DNA from: an uncultured Acidobacteriota bacterium
GTDB taxonomy: Bacteria; Acidobacteriota; Terriglobia; UBA7540
NCBI GenBank assembly: GCA_963804995.1
Contig: CAWDSK010000006.1
Span: 640,001 to 704,000 of the forward strand
DNA length: 64,000 bases
Direction of reading: 5' to 3'
Positions 32,512 to 42,512 of this stretch are shown in pieces. Both the position numbers and the translations under genes were made by a program. Every line of letters begins with the position of its first letter. The stretch's first letter is position 1. The notes under the pieces were generated by a model that saw only the letters and a program-made list of their open reading frames with translations, ran no database searches and had not been told where the DNA came from.

Positions 32512-32703
32512 CCCCGCCGTGACACACTACCCCGTATCGGATATCGGTGGGATCGACGCCAAGGATGAGGCAAATTGAGTGGCCGGTAACAAGAAGCTTG
32601 CCCCCTCACCCGTCGCGCTTGGGCTGGTGGAGGGATCGCCCGATCACCCGATCTCCCGATTACCTAACCCCGCCGTGACACACTACCCCGTATCGGTTAT
32701 CGG
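32512..32703. repeat. 36-bp direct repeat pair, 1 mismatch, 156-bp period
   Basis: CCCCGCCGTGACACACTACCCCGTATCGG(A/T)TATCGG at 32512-32547 and 32668-32703. Confidence 0.85.
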
Positions 32704-32852
32704 CAGGTTGACACCCGAACATGAGGTCAAAAACCGACTGTAGCAGGGGGCGCAGACTGAGTAGCGCCGCGCAGCGGGGCGGCAAGTAAGAAGTGCCACG
32801 GCCGACCTGCCCCGATCCATCGGGGTCTTGGCCGTGCCGGTCACGGGCGGGA

Positions 32853-32992
32853 GAAGCTGTGAAGAAATCCCTGAACGAACAAAAGCATCTCGCGCAGAGA
32901 CGCAGAGGCGCAGAGAAAACGAATCAGTTATTTACTTAAAATCTCTGCGTCTCAGCGGCTCTGCGCGAGATTGTCTATTTTTTCGCAGCTTC
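32853..32992. mobile_element. MITE-like element nested in a REP hairpin
   Basis: TIRs GAAGCTGTGAAGAAAT / ATTTTTTCGCAGCTTC (14/16), flanked by the split stem CACGGGCG...CGCCCGTG. Confidence 0.6.
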
Positions 32993-33035
32993 GCACGCCC
33001 GTGCCACGCCGCGTGCACCGGTTGGGCCCAGCGCC

Positions 33036-34001
33036 TCATGCTGCGTGATATTCCCACAGAGCGCGATAATACTGCATCAGTCGGATGGGCTCGCAGCTTT
33101 CCGGAACTTCCGCGTAGGTGAAACGGTTGAACCCGATGCTGCGGAAAAGTGTGAAGAGCTCACGCCAGGGATAAGGCTGCTGCCAGGAGGGAAAGCCGGG
33201 GATTGTGGCTGGCGCGGTAACGTTCCCGCCGCCCCAGGGCGCTACGGTTCTTGACAGCTCATTGATGTGGCAGCTTCGAATCCAGGGCTTGAGCAAATCG
33301 AACGTCGGCTTCACGGAGCCATCCACCACGTCCGTATCGTTGGAATTCCAGCATGCGCCCACCGCAGGGTGGTTCGCCACGCTGAGAATGCGGTGAATGT
33401 TAGGGGGAAGCTGGGTGCCTGGGCCATGGACCTCCAGCCATATTTCTACGCCGTGGTCGCGCGCCGCGTCGCCGCACCGGGCGAGGGCATGACCAATCTG
33501 GTCAAGGGTCTTCTCCTCAGGGACGCCTTGGGGAAATCCGTTGGGCCGCACTTTCACGCCCACGCAGCCAACGTCTTGCGCCAGCTCGCACCAGCGCCGC
33601 GTCTCCTCAATGTTCCGCTCCACCGTGGCCGGGTCCGGCGACTCGTATTCACAAGTCGTGCCCAGGCTCATCAAACGCACATGCGAGTCAGCAAACCGCT
33701 TCCTTACTTCGGCCCGCTGCGCCTTATTCAAAGAGATTTCCACGCCGTGCTTGTGCGTCGTGCGCAGCTCCACCCCTTCAAAACCCGTCGCCTCGCAATT
33801 CCTGATGAGCGTATTGATATCCCAATCCTTCGCCAGGTTATAGGTGACCAATCCCAATTTGAAAGGGGGCGCAGAACGCGTGGCATCGGGGTCGTTCACA
33901 CCCTTCGCGAACATGCCGTCTTCAACCGATCCCAGGGCGCTTAAACCCACCGCGGTAAGAACTCCCGTTTTGAGAAAATCCCGTCTGCCTGTTGTGCCCA
34001 T
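33036..34001 (-). CDS. Tat-exported sugar phosphate isomerase/epimerase (xylose isomerase-like TIM barrel)
   Basis: GRRDFLK Tat motif, GFEGVELR, IWLEVHG, CHINEL. Confidence 0.88.
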   Translation of the reverse strand: MGTTGRRDFLKTGVLTAVGLSALGSVEDGMFAKGVNDPDATRSAPPFKLGLVTYNLAKDWDINTLIRNCEATGFEGVELRTTHKHGVEISLNKAQRAEVRKRFADSHVRLMSLGTTCEYESPDPATVERNIEETRRWCELAQDVGCVGVKVRPNGFPQGVPEEKTLDQIGHALARCGDAARDHGVEIWLEVHGPGTQLPPNIHRILSVANHPAVGACWNSNDTDVVDGSVKPTFDLLKPWIRSCHINELSRTVAPWGGGNVTAPATIPGFPSWQQPYPWRELFTLFRSIGFNRFTYAEVPESCEPIRLMQYYRALWEYHAA

Positions 34002-34729
34002 CCTCATCCTCCCCTCGTGCGTGGTTGTGCGCGGCTGGCGCTTCCGCGAAGTCGCGCAGAAAGCCCACGCGCATTCTACTCCTATTGAATTTTCTGAAGA
34101 TAGGGGCATCTGCCTGCGGGTGGCGAGGCAAGCGTCTATGTCATGGGACTGCGTCAGAGGCGGCCCATCCCGATTGCCAGCATGCCGACTAGGCCAGTCG
34201 GTTCAGTGTTCTACACTGGCAGTGGCAGCGGCAGACGGCGTGGTTACATGACCCGCTCTGGACTGCGGTGGGACGAAAATCGGAACCACCAGTCCTGATA
34301 GGACCATCAGAATGGCCAAGCCAACAACGACATTTACAAGAGTGAGGTGAATTCGCCAGGAGAGCTTTCGCACTATAGAGCACCTTTCCTAAGTTCAGGC
34401 ATTGTTGAGCAATTCGCAGGCCAAGTCAAAAATATCGGTGTGCTTGAAATTCAAGTTAATCCCCTAAGATTCAAGAGGTTAGGCGTTCGCCACCTTGGCG
34501 CGAGCTAGTTAGAGGCAGATCATTACAAGAATGTGACAATTTGCGGCATTTTCGTTGTGCCAATATCTGACCACTATCCTTCATATGGGTGCACAGCCTC
34601 CAAGCACTACTACCCCTGGACACTAGCCATACGCACCAGATAAGCCCTTGTGACCCGTCGTCAATTCGTACCGCGGCCAGGCCATTTCCCTTATAATAAT
34701 CACGGGCGCTTCGGTCGAAAGGCTAATCC

Positions 34730-35293
34730 ATGATCCTGGTCATCGATAACTACGATTCCTTCACCTACAACCTTGTCCAATATCTGGGGGAGCTGGGCGC
34801 AAACCTCGAAGTCGTGAGAAACGATCAGACCACAGTTGAGAACATCGCAAAGCAAGCCCCCGAACGGATTGTAATTTCACCCGGCCCCAAGACGCCTACG
34901 GAAGCTGGAATCTGTCTCGAAGTGATTGGAGCATTCGCAGGGCGCATTCCGATTCTAGGCGTCTGTCTGGGCCACCAAGCCATTGGGCAAGCTTTCGGCG
35001 GGAAGGTCATTCGCGCCCCGGAACTCATGCACGGCAAGACCAGCGAAATCCGTCACGACGGCAAAACCATCTTCGCGGGGCTGCCGAATCCATTTCCCGC
35101 GACCCGTTATCATTCCCTGATTGTCGAGCGCTCAACCCTTCCCGCCTGTCTCGAAATTTCTGCGTGCACCGCGGACGGGCTCATCATGGGCCTCCGCCAC
35201 AAAGAGATGAAAGTGGAAGGTGTACAGTTTCACCCCGAGTCCATCCTGACTGACGCGGGCAAGCAGTTGCTCGGAAACTTCCTCAACTTGTGA
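34730..35293 (+). CDS. trpG: Anthranilate/aminodeoxychorismate synthase component II (glutamine amidotransferase)
   Basis: [34 protein letters not shown]. Confidence 0.93.
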   Translation: MILVIDNYDSFTYNLVQYLGELGANLEVVRNDQTTVENIAKQAPERIVISPGPKTPTEAGICLEVIGAFAGRIPILGVCLGHQAIGQAFGGKVIRAPELMHGKTSEIRHDGKTIFAGLPNPFPATRYHSLIVERSTLPACLEISACTADGLIMGLRHKEMKVEGVQFHPESILTDAGKQLLGNFLNL

Positions 35294-35300
35294 CTCGTCC

Positions 35301-35418
35301 AGTGTAGTGTCCGGTAATTAACTGGACATCGTAGCGCCGCCATCTTGGCGGCATTTGCCGGCAGGATGCCGGCGCTACGGCCAACCCAGTTGTCCAGCCA
35401 TTTCCTGGACACTACACT
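35301..35418. mobile_element. MITE-like element (28-bp imperfect TIRs) enclosing a GTAG REP doublet
   Basis: AGTGTAGTGTCCGGTAATTAACTGGACA / TGTCCAGCCATTTCCTGGACACTACACT (23/28); internal GTAGCGCCG...CGGCGCTAC. Confidence 0.7.
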
Positions 35419-35476
35419 AGTTCCGTGCGCAGGGCAGCAAGCAAAAAATAGTTCGCTAACTCCCACGGGGGATCTG

Positions 35477-37177
35477 ATGGCTTCACAACCAGTTTATGAC
35501 GCGATCGTGGTGGGCTCCGGCGCGTCAGGAGGCATTGCCGCGTACGTCCTGGCCACCGAGGGCCTGAATGTGTTGTGCCTGGAGGGCGGCCGTCCCATCG
35601 ATCCCGCCGTGGATTTTTCCACCCACAAGATGCCTTATGACTGGCCCCATCGCGGCCACGGCAAGCCTGGCCAATACGGAAAGATCCCTCAGGGCATGGG
35701 TTGGAAAATTACGGAGTGGACAGACCATCTCTACACGATTCCGCAGGAAGACCCTTACGCGCTCGCCCCCGGCTCGAAGTTCACTTGGACTCGCATGCGA
35801 GTAGTCGGTGGGCGCACCAACGTTTGGGGACGTAGTATCGACCGCTTCGGTCCGCTCGACTTCAAGGCCAAGAGTCAGCAGGACGGCTTTGGCGAAGACT
35901 GGCCCCTCACTTACGACGACATCGCCCCCTACTACGATCACATCGAGAAGCTCATCGGAGTGTCGGGGATTTCGCCGGGAGTTTACAACACACCCTGCGG
36001 GCAATATTTGCTTCCCGGCTTTCGTCCGCGCTGTGGTGAGTGGATGATCAAGCGCGGTGCGGAGAAGCTGGGCATCAAAGTGCTACCCTTGCAACTGGCC
36101 GTGATCAGTCAGAATTACGATGGCCGTCCCGCCTGCCATTACTGCGGCGCATGCAACAACGGCTGCGATACAGCTTCGCGCTTCAGTTCGCCGGATGTGC
36201 TGGTGCCGAAACTCGAAAAGCTCAAGAACTTCACGCTGCGAACCCACGCCGTGGTGCACACCGTGCTGATGGACAAGAACACGGGGAAGGCTCGGGGCGT
36301 GACTTATATCGATGCGAACAACCGCCAGGAATACGAAGCCTATGGCAAGACCGTGGTGTTGGGCGCGTCGATGGTTGAGTCGCTCCGCATCCTCTTCAAT
36401 TCCCGCAGCCGCGAATTTCCCACCGGGCTCGCGAATTCCAGCGGGGTGTTGGGCAAATATCTCTCCGAGCACGTGGCGTTCAATAGCATCGCGGGATTCA
36501 TGCCGCAACTCGTGGGGCGCCCCACCACCAACGACGACGGGCCCGGCGAAGGCAGCCTCTACATCCCGCGCTACAATTACGGCCACGGGGACAAGAAGAA
36601 ATTCCTGCGCGGCTTTCGCCTGTATTTCCATTCCGGATGCGGGGTGGGCCCTGGCGTCGGCGCGTCGTCCCCAGGGTTCGGGTCTGCGTACAAGAAGCGC
36701 ATTAAGGACCTCTACCCCGCGAACGTTTCCATCAGCGGGATGGGCGAAGGGTTGGCATTCCCGTGGAACTACGTCGAGATCGACCCGGACGGGTTAAAAG
36801 ATCGCTTCGGGATTCCGCAGGTACGCTTCCATACCACGGCGGAGTACGACCACGCCTTCGCGATCCGGGATGAAATGTATGGAGAGATGGAGAGAATCCT
36901 GAAAGCTTCCGGTGCGGAGATTCTGCCCTACAGAAAAGTGGCGCCCTATCCGCTCGGAGCCGTTACGCATGAGGCCGGCGGCGCGCGCATGGGCGAAGAT
37001 CCCAAGACCTCGGTTCTCGACGCCTGGAACCGCTGCCACGACGTCAAGAATCTGCTGGTGGTGGATGCGGCGTGCTTTGTGACGCACCCGGAAAAGCACC
37101 CCACCCTCACCATCATGTCGCTCGCGTACCGCGCCGCGGATCACCTGGCGGAGGAAATTCGCGCGGGAAATATCTAA
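35477..37177 (+). CDS. GMC family oxidoreductase
   Basis: VVGSGASGG, VGGRTNVWG, CHYCGACNNGC, THEAGGARMG, PTLTIMSL. Confidence 0.94.
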   Translation: MASQPVYDAIVVGSGASGGIAAYVLATEGLNVLCLEGGRPIDPAVDFSTHKMPYDWPHRGHGKPGQYGKIPQGMGWKITEWTDHLYTIPQEDPYALAPGSKFTWTRMRVVGGRTNVWGRSIDRFGPLDFKAKSQQDGFGEDWPLTYDDIAPYYDHIEKLIGVSGISPGVYNTPCGQYLLPGFRPRCGEWMIKRGAEKLGIKVLPLQLAVISQNYDGRPACHYCGACNNGCDTASRFSSPDVLVPKLEKLKNFTLRTHAVVHTVLMDKNTGKARGVTYIDANNRQEYEAYGKTVVLGASMVESLRILFNSRSREFPTGLANSSGVLGKYLSEHVAFNSIAGFMPQLVGRPTTNDDGPGEGSLYIPRYNYGHGDKKKFLRGFRLYFHSGCGVGPGVGASSPGFGSAYKKRIKDLYPANVSISGMGEGLAFPWNYVEIDPDGLKDRFGIPQVRFHTTAEYDHAFAIRDEMYGEMERILKASGAEILPYRKVAPYPLGAVTHEAGGARMGEDPKTSVLDAWNRCHDVKNLLVVDAACFVTHPEKHPTLTIMSLAYRAADHLAEEIRAGNI

Positions 37178-37200
37178 CCCCCTGGGGTCGTGAGGTTGAA

Positions 37201-37836
37201 ATGAACTACGAAACCATTGGACGAAGAAAAGCCCTGAAATACTTCGGCATGCTCGCCGCGAGCGCCGCGGGACAGGAATTTCTGGCGTCGTGGCTTCCTG
37301 CCGCGGAGGCCCCGGGAGCTGCGCACGCCGCGCACCTGCATCACCCTGCCGCGCAAACCCCCGACCCCAGCCTTGCCGCTTCTTCGCCGCAATTTTTCTC
37401 GGCCCCGGAATATCGTACCGTGGAGATTCTCACCGAGTTGATTATCCCTACCGACGATCAGCCCGGAGCGAAGGGGGCGCAGGTGGCCCGCTACATTGAC
37501 TTCGTCGTTTTCTCTGCCGCCGAGTTCGAGCCGCAACTGCAAAAGGAATGGATCGCCGGGCTTGCCCTTCTGGAAAGGCTGAGCTCAGAAAAGTACGGCC
37601 ACGCATTCCGTGATCTCACCGCCGCGCAGCAGGAAGCGCTGCTCACCGAAATGAGTGCCCCGGAGCACGATCCCAAGACCAGCCACGAGGGTTTTGCCTT
37701 TTATCGGCAGGTGAAGGAAATGACAGTGGAAGGTTTTTACACGTCGAAGATAGGATTGGTCGACGTGCTCGGCTACATGGGCCGCACTTACCTCTCGGAG
37801 TTCCCAGGCTGCACGCACCCCGAGCATCAGTCGTGA
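37201..37836 (+). CDS. Gluconate 2-dehydrogenase subunit 3 family protein (Tat-exported GMC partner)
   Basis: GRRKALK, LIIPTDDQPGA, TVEGFYTSKIG. Confidence 0.88.
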   Translation: MNYETIGRRKALKYFGMLAASAAGQEFLASWLPAAEAPGAAHAAHLHHPAAQTPDPSLAASSPQFFSAPEYRTVEILTELIIPTDDQPGAKGAQVARYIDFVVFSAAEFEPQLQKEWIAGLALLERLSSEKYGHAFRDLTAAQQEALLTEMSAPEHDPKTSHEGFAFYRQVKEMTVEGFYTSKIGLVDVLGYMGRTYLSEFPGCTHPEHQS

Positions 37837-37871
37837 TCTGGGAGGGTCTGGTTGTCAGCGGATGGTGTCCG

Positions 37872-38924
37872 TCAGCGGCGATACCGCGAGGTAAATTCCA
37901 CGAGATTGCGGAGTGTCGCGCGCGCCGCGCCGGAATCCACAACCTCTGCCGCCCTTCCCACACCTTCCGCAAAATTCTCCGCTTTCCCCGCCAGGGTGAA
38001 GGCCGCAGCCGCGTTCGCCAGCACCACATCACGATAAGGACCGCGGTCCCCGTCCAATACTGCCAGCAGCAAGCGCGCATTGGTCTCTGCGTCGCCGCCG
38101 TGCAGTTGTTCAAGGGAAGCGCGCGGCAGGCGAAACTCTTCGGGGTGCACGTCGCGCGTCCGGACCGTGTTGCCATTACTCTCGGAAAGCCGCGTCGCGC
38201 CGGTCGTCGTAATCTCATCGATGCCGTCCGAGCCCGCCACCACGTAGGCCTGGCGCGTGCCCACGGCTTGCAGGGTCGCGGCCATCATCTCCGTGCGCGC
38301 GGCATCGAATACGCCCACCAACTGCACCGTCGCCGCCAGCGGATTGGTGAGCGGGCCGAGGAGATTGAACACGCTTTTGGTTTTCAAGCTGCGCCGCGCG
38401 TTCATCACGTGCTTCATGGCCAGGTGCAGGCGGGGAGCAAACAGGAAGACCATGCCGACTTCTTCAAGACAGGCCGGAATCCGCTCGAGCGGCAGATCGA
38501 TTTCGACCCCCAGGGCTTCCAGGACGTCGGCGCTACCACAGCGGCTGGAAATCGAACGGTTACCGTGCTTGGCCACGCGGACTCCTGCCGCCGCCGCTAC
38601 CAGTGCCGCCGCCGTCGAAACGTTGAACGTCCCGCGGCCATCGCCCCCCGTGCCGCAGGTATCGAGCAAGGGCTCGCGATGTGAGACGGATTCAAGCTTC
38701 ACTCCGGCCGTGCGCAAGGTTTCGGTAGCGTGGGCGCGCATCTCCTCCGCAAAACCCACCAACTCTTCCGCCTGCTCGCCCTTGTCGCGCAGCGCGGCAA
38801 GGAACGCCACAATCTCCTCATCCGGCACTGTACCCGAAAGGAGCTGCTGCATCACGGCGCGAGCTTCGGCTCGCGTGAGGTGCGTCTGCGCTTTGATGGT
38901 TTCGATGGACTCTCGAATCGTCAT
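37872..38924 (-). CDS. trpD: Anthranilate phosphoribosyltransferase
   Basis: DTCGTGGDG, FNVST, KHGNRSISSRCGSAD, FNLLGPLTNP. Confidence 0.96.
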   Translation of the reverse strand: MTIRESIETIKAQTHLTRAEARAVMQQLLSGTVPDEEIVAFLAALRDKGEQAEELVGFAEEMRAHATETLRTAGVKLESVSHREPLLDTCGTGGDGRGTFNVSTAAALVAAAAGVRVAKHGNRSISSRCGSADVLEALGVEIDLPLERIPACLEEVGMVFLFAPRLHLAMKHVMNARRSLKTKSVFNLLGPLTNPLAATVQLVGVFDAARTEMMAATLQAVGTRQAYVVAGSDGIDEITTTGATRLSESNGNTVRTRDVHPEEFRLPRASLEQLHGGDAETNARLLLAVLDGDRGPYRDVVLANAAAAFTLAGKAENFAEGVGRAAEVVDSGAARATLRNLVEFTSRYRR

Positions 38925-38975
38925 AGTGTTCTTATGCGTTCGCCGCTCGGGCACGGCATCACTATCATGAAAAAG

Positions 38976-39240
38976 CTCCCCTCCTCAGATGAGGAGGGGT
39001 GGCGCGCCGAGCGCCGGGGTGGTGCTGAAATGGGTAATGCCGGCCGTGGCGGCAAGCCGCCAAGTGGTTGGAATAACCTCCCCGTCGCCTCAGGTGCTCG
39101 CGTAACCACCCCGTCGCCTTCGGCGCCACGGAAATCAGGAGGGGAGTTCTTAAAAACACTCCCCGCCTCAGATGAGGAGCGCCTGCCTTTGTAGCGCTGA
39201 CCTTTAGGTCAGCACGTGCCGACCTCAAGGTCAGCGCTAC
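38976..39240. repeat. Cluster of palindromic repeats (CTCCCCTCC family plus GTAG REP doublet)
   Basis: Copies at 38976, about 39104-39150 and 39159-39180; TGTAGCGCTGACC...GGTCAGCGCTAC at 39190-39240. Confidence 0.75.
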
Positions 39241-39509
39241 CCCCAGTCCCCTTCATTGCAATTCCAGGCCGGATTCCCTATACTCAATATTTCGGGGTAA
39301 GCGAGCTGAACATTCTAGTGTAAGCCGCTTTATTGGCTTTGCCAAAGTTAGATTTCACATCCAGTTGATCCTTGCCGGTCTGGAATGGCCGCCCCGTAGT
39401 ATCGGGACGTTACAAGATTCTCGCCTTTCTGCAAAACAACAGGGCAAGGAAACCAGCCTCAGCCCTCCGCTGATAGCTGAAGGCTGAAAGCTGACAGCTC
39501 CTAATAAAT

Positions 39510-40674
39510 ATGAAAATCCACGAATATCAGGCAAAACAGATTCTTGCAAAGTTTGGGGTCGCGGTGCCCTGCGGCGAGGTGATCGCCAAGCGTGAGGAGG
39601 CTCGCGCCGTGGCGGAAAAGCTGGGCGGCGGAACCGTTGTCGTCAAAGCCCAGATTCACGCCGGCGGCCGCGGCAAAGGGGGCGGCGTCAAGCTGGCCCA
39701 CAATCCCGCCGAGGCCGAAGCCATCGCAGGGCAAATTCTGGGCATGACGCTCGTCACCCACCAGACCGGCCCCGAAGGCCGCCTGGTGAAGCGCGTCCTG
39801 ATCGAAGAAGGTTTGGATGTGGCGCGCGAACTTTACCTCGGCATCGTCATCGATCGCGCCTCCGGCCGGCCGGTGTTTATGGCCTCAAGCGAAGGTGGCG
39901 TGGAAATCGAAGTTGTGGCCGCCGAGCATCCGGAGAAAATCCTGAAAGAATTCATCGACCCCGCCGTGGGTTTCCAGGCCTTTCAGGCGCGCAAGCTCGC
40001 CTTCGGATTGGGCCTGGAGGGCAAGGTAGTGAACGAGGCGGCGCGCCTTTTCCAGAACCTCTATCGCGCCTTTGAGGCTACCGACGCTTCGCTGGTTGAG
40101 ATCAATCCCTTCGTCACCACGCGTGACGGCCGCGCGCTGGCGCTCAACGCCAAGATGAACTTTGACGATAACGCGCTCGCGCGCCACCCGGAAATCCGTG
40201 AACTGCGCGACCTTGACGAAGAAGACCCCTTGGAAGTGAAGGCGTCGAATTACGGGCTCAACTACATTCGCCTGGAGGGCAACGTGGGCTGCATGGTGAA
40301 CGGCGCGGGCCTGGCCATGGCCACTATGGACATTATCCAGTACGCCGGCAGCCGCCCCGCGAATTTCCTGGATGTGGGCGGCGGCGCCAACGAAGAACAG
40401 GTCCGCCACGGCTTCGAAGATCATCTTGAGCGACGCCAACGTGCGCGCGGTTCTGATTAACATCTTCGGCGGCATCATGCGCTGCGATATTGTCGCGAAC
40501 GGTGTGGTGGCCGCCGCGAAAACCCTGGGGATCAAAGTGCCCATCGTGGTGCGGCTGAAAGGAACCAACGTCGAGCTGGGGCAAAAGATCCTCCGCGAGT
40601 CCGGCCTGAACTTCACTGTGGCCAATGATATGAAAGAGGCAGCGGAAAAAGTAGTCGCGCTGGCGCAGCAATGA
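39510..40674 (+). CDS. sucC: Succinyl-CoA synthetase beta subunit; apparent extra base near 40417
   Basis: [40 protein letters not shown]; continues [11 protein letters not shown] in the 40372 frame. Confidence 0.96.
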
Positions 40675-41513
40675 CCTTCGATTTGACGACCGCACGGCGG
40701 ATCACTCTGAAACAGCTGTCCGGGGCTGGGCCGGGGAGTGAAATCCAAATCTCCAGCCTGGAAGCCAATGTAAGTCACGCTTACGCGACAGAGTGTGGGA
40801 TAACCACAGCTCCTTACAGTGGAGACTGGAGACAGCATCTCGGCCTCAATGGCACAACTTTCATTCATCAGGTCATCTGGGACTTGATAGTGCAGCGGGT
40901 TCTAACAGTCCGGAACTATGGGAACTACTCTTGGGCAGCTGTGAGCGTGACTGATTATGGGGCTGAGGTTCTCAAAGAGCAACGCTGGTCACCATACGAC
41001 CAGGACGGTTATCTCAAAGAGCTGCACACACGAACGCCAAGATTAGCTTCACTGTGTAACATGTACGCGGTCGAGGCTTTGCAATGCTTCCGGGGTGGCT
41101 GCTATTTGGCCACTGTCGTGATGCTCGGAGCAGCCTCGGAAGGGATAATAAACGAGTTATTTCGCCGGTTCCTCGCGGCCCTTAAGGTCGGGGGGGTGCC
41201 TGAGGCATCCAGCGTGGAGGACAAGATCAAGAAAGAGCAATCCATTTACCGGAAGTATGAGGTATTCAGGAGATACTTCGATTCACTCGTTAAGCCCAAG
41301 CTGTCGTCGGAACTTAGTGATGACCTTAACATTCAATTCGACGGAGTGTTTAATCTTATCCGGTTCTACCGAAACGACGCTGGCCACCCCACCGGTACAC
41401 AAATCGAGCGGATGAGCGCATTCACAAGCCTCATCTTGTTTGTACCTTATTGCAAGCGCGTCGAGGACCTTATCAACTGGTTGGAAGCAAGCGCAGGAAC
41501 CCTAAATAAATGA
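40671..41513 (+). CDS. Hypothetical protein with C-terminal HEPN/DUF4145-like motif
   Basis: [21 protein letters not shown] and [11 protein letters not shown] (R-x4-H); codon usage visibly differs from neighbours. Confidence 0.7.
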   Translation: MTFDLTTARRITLKQLSGAGPGSEIQISSLEANVSHAYATECGITTAPYSGDWRQHLGLNGTTFIHQVIWDLIVQRVLTVRNYGNYSWAAVSVTDYGAEVLKEQRWSPYDQDGYLKELHTRTPRLASLCNMYAVEALQCFRGGCYLATVVMLGAASEGIINELFRRFLAALKVGGVPEASSVEDKIKKEQSIYRKYEVFRRYFDSLVKPKLSSELSDDLNIQFDGVFNLIRFYRNDAGHPTGTQIERMSAFTSLILFVPYCKRVEDLINWLEASAGTLNK

Positions 41514-42381
41514 GCATACTTGTTGACGAAAATACGCGATTACTAGTTCAGGGCATTACCGGACGCGAGGGAACCTTCCACACGCAGCAAGCTGTTGCTT
41601 ACGGCACGAAGGTTGTGGCTGGCGTGACGCCCGGGAAGGGCGGTACCAGTGTCGACGGCATTCCCGTCTTCAACACCGTGCAGGAGGCCGTGGATAAAAC
41701 CGGCGCAAATGCTTCCGTCATCTTCGTTCCCCCTGGTTTGCCGCTGACGCCATCATGGAAGCCGCGGACGCCGGGCTTCCCCTCGTGGTCGCTATCACCG
41801 AGGGCATCCCGACGCTCGATATGGTGCGCGCCGCGCAATTCCTGGCCGGAAAGACCACACGCCTGATCGGACCCAACTGCCCGGGGATAATTTCTCCAGG
41901 TAAATGCAAAATCGGCATTATGCCAGGGCAAATTCATCTACCGGGGCACGTGGGTGTGGTCTCGCGTAGCGGGACTCTGACCTACGAAGCGGTAGGCCAA
42001 TTGACGGCCCTGGGCATCGGGCAATCCACCTGCATCGGTATTGGCGGCGACCCCATCATCGGTACGAATTTCGTGGATGCATTGCGGCTTTTTAGCCAGG
42101 ACCCTGACACCCACGCCATCGTGATGATCGGAGAAATCGGCGGAGCGGCAGAGGAAGAGGCCGCGGCATTCATCAAAGCGAATGTGAAGAAGCCGGTGGT
42201 GGGATTCATCGCCGGCCGCACCGCGCCGCCCGGCCGCCGCATGGGCCACGCCGGAGCGATCATCTCCGGCGGCAAGGGGACGGCTGCCGACAAGATTGCA
42301 GCTCTTGAAGCCGCTGGCATCGCCGTCGCCGCAAGCCCTGCGCTCATTGGAGAAACGATGGCGCACGCGCTGGCGCGCTAA
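41510..42381 (+). CDS. sucD: Succinyl-CoA synthetase alpha subunit; apparent missing base near 41738
   Basis: [33 protein letters not shown]. Confidence 0.96.
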
Positions 42382-42512
42382 GAGACGAAAATCGAAAATT
42401 GAAACTCGAAATTCGCCACTTCGCGAGTTTGGAGGGCGAGTTTCGAATTTCGATTTTCGATTTTCAAGTTTCCTGTTTCGAGTTTCGTCTTTTCGACCCA
42501 TAAAGGAGAGAT

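Noticed and set aside
32512..32703. Mini CRISPR array
   Set aside because: Only two repeats, a 120-bp interval made of other repeats, and no cas genes or leader.
34250..34700. ncRNA or small gene in the AT-richer gap before trpG
   Set aside because: No convincing ORF or fold; only weak promoter-like and IHF-like words.
39510..42381. sucC and sucD as true pseudogenes or programmed frameshifts
   Set aside because: Single indels at a TCGA site and a short homopolymer in otherwise conserved housekeeping genes are better explained as consensus errors.
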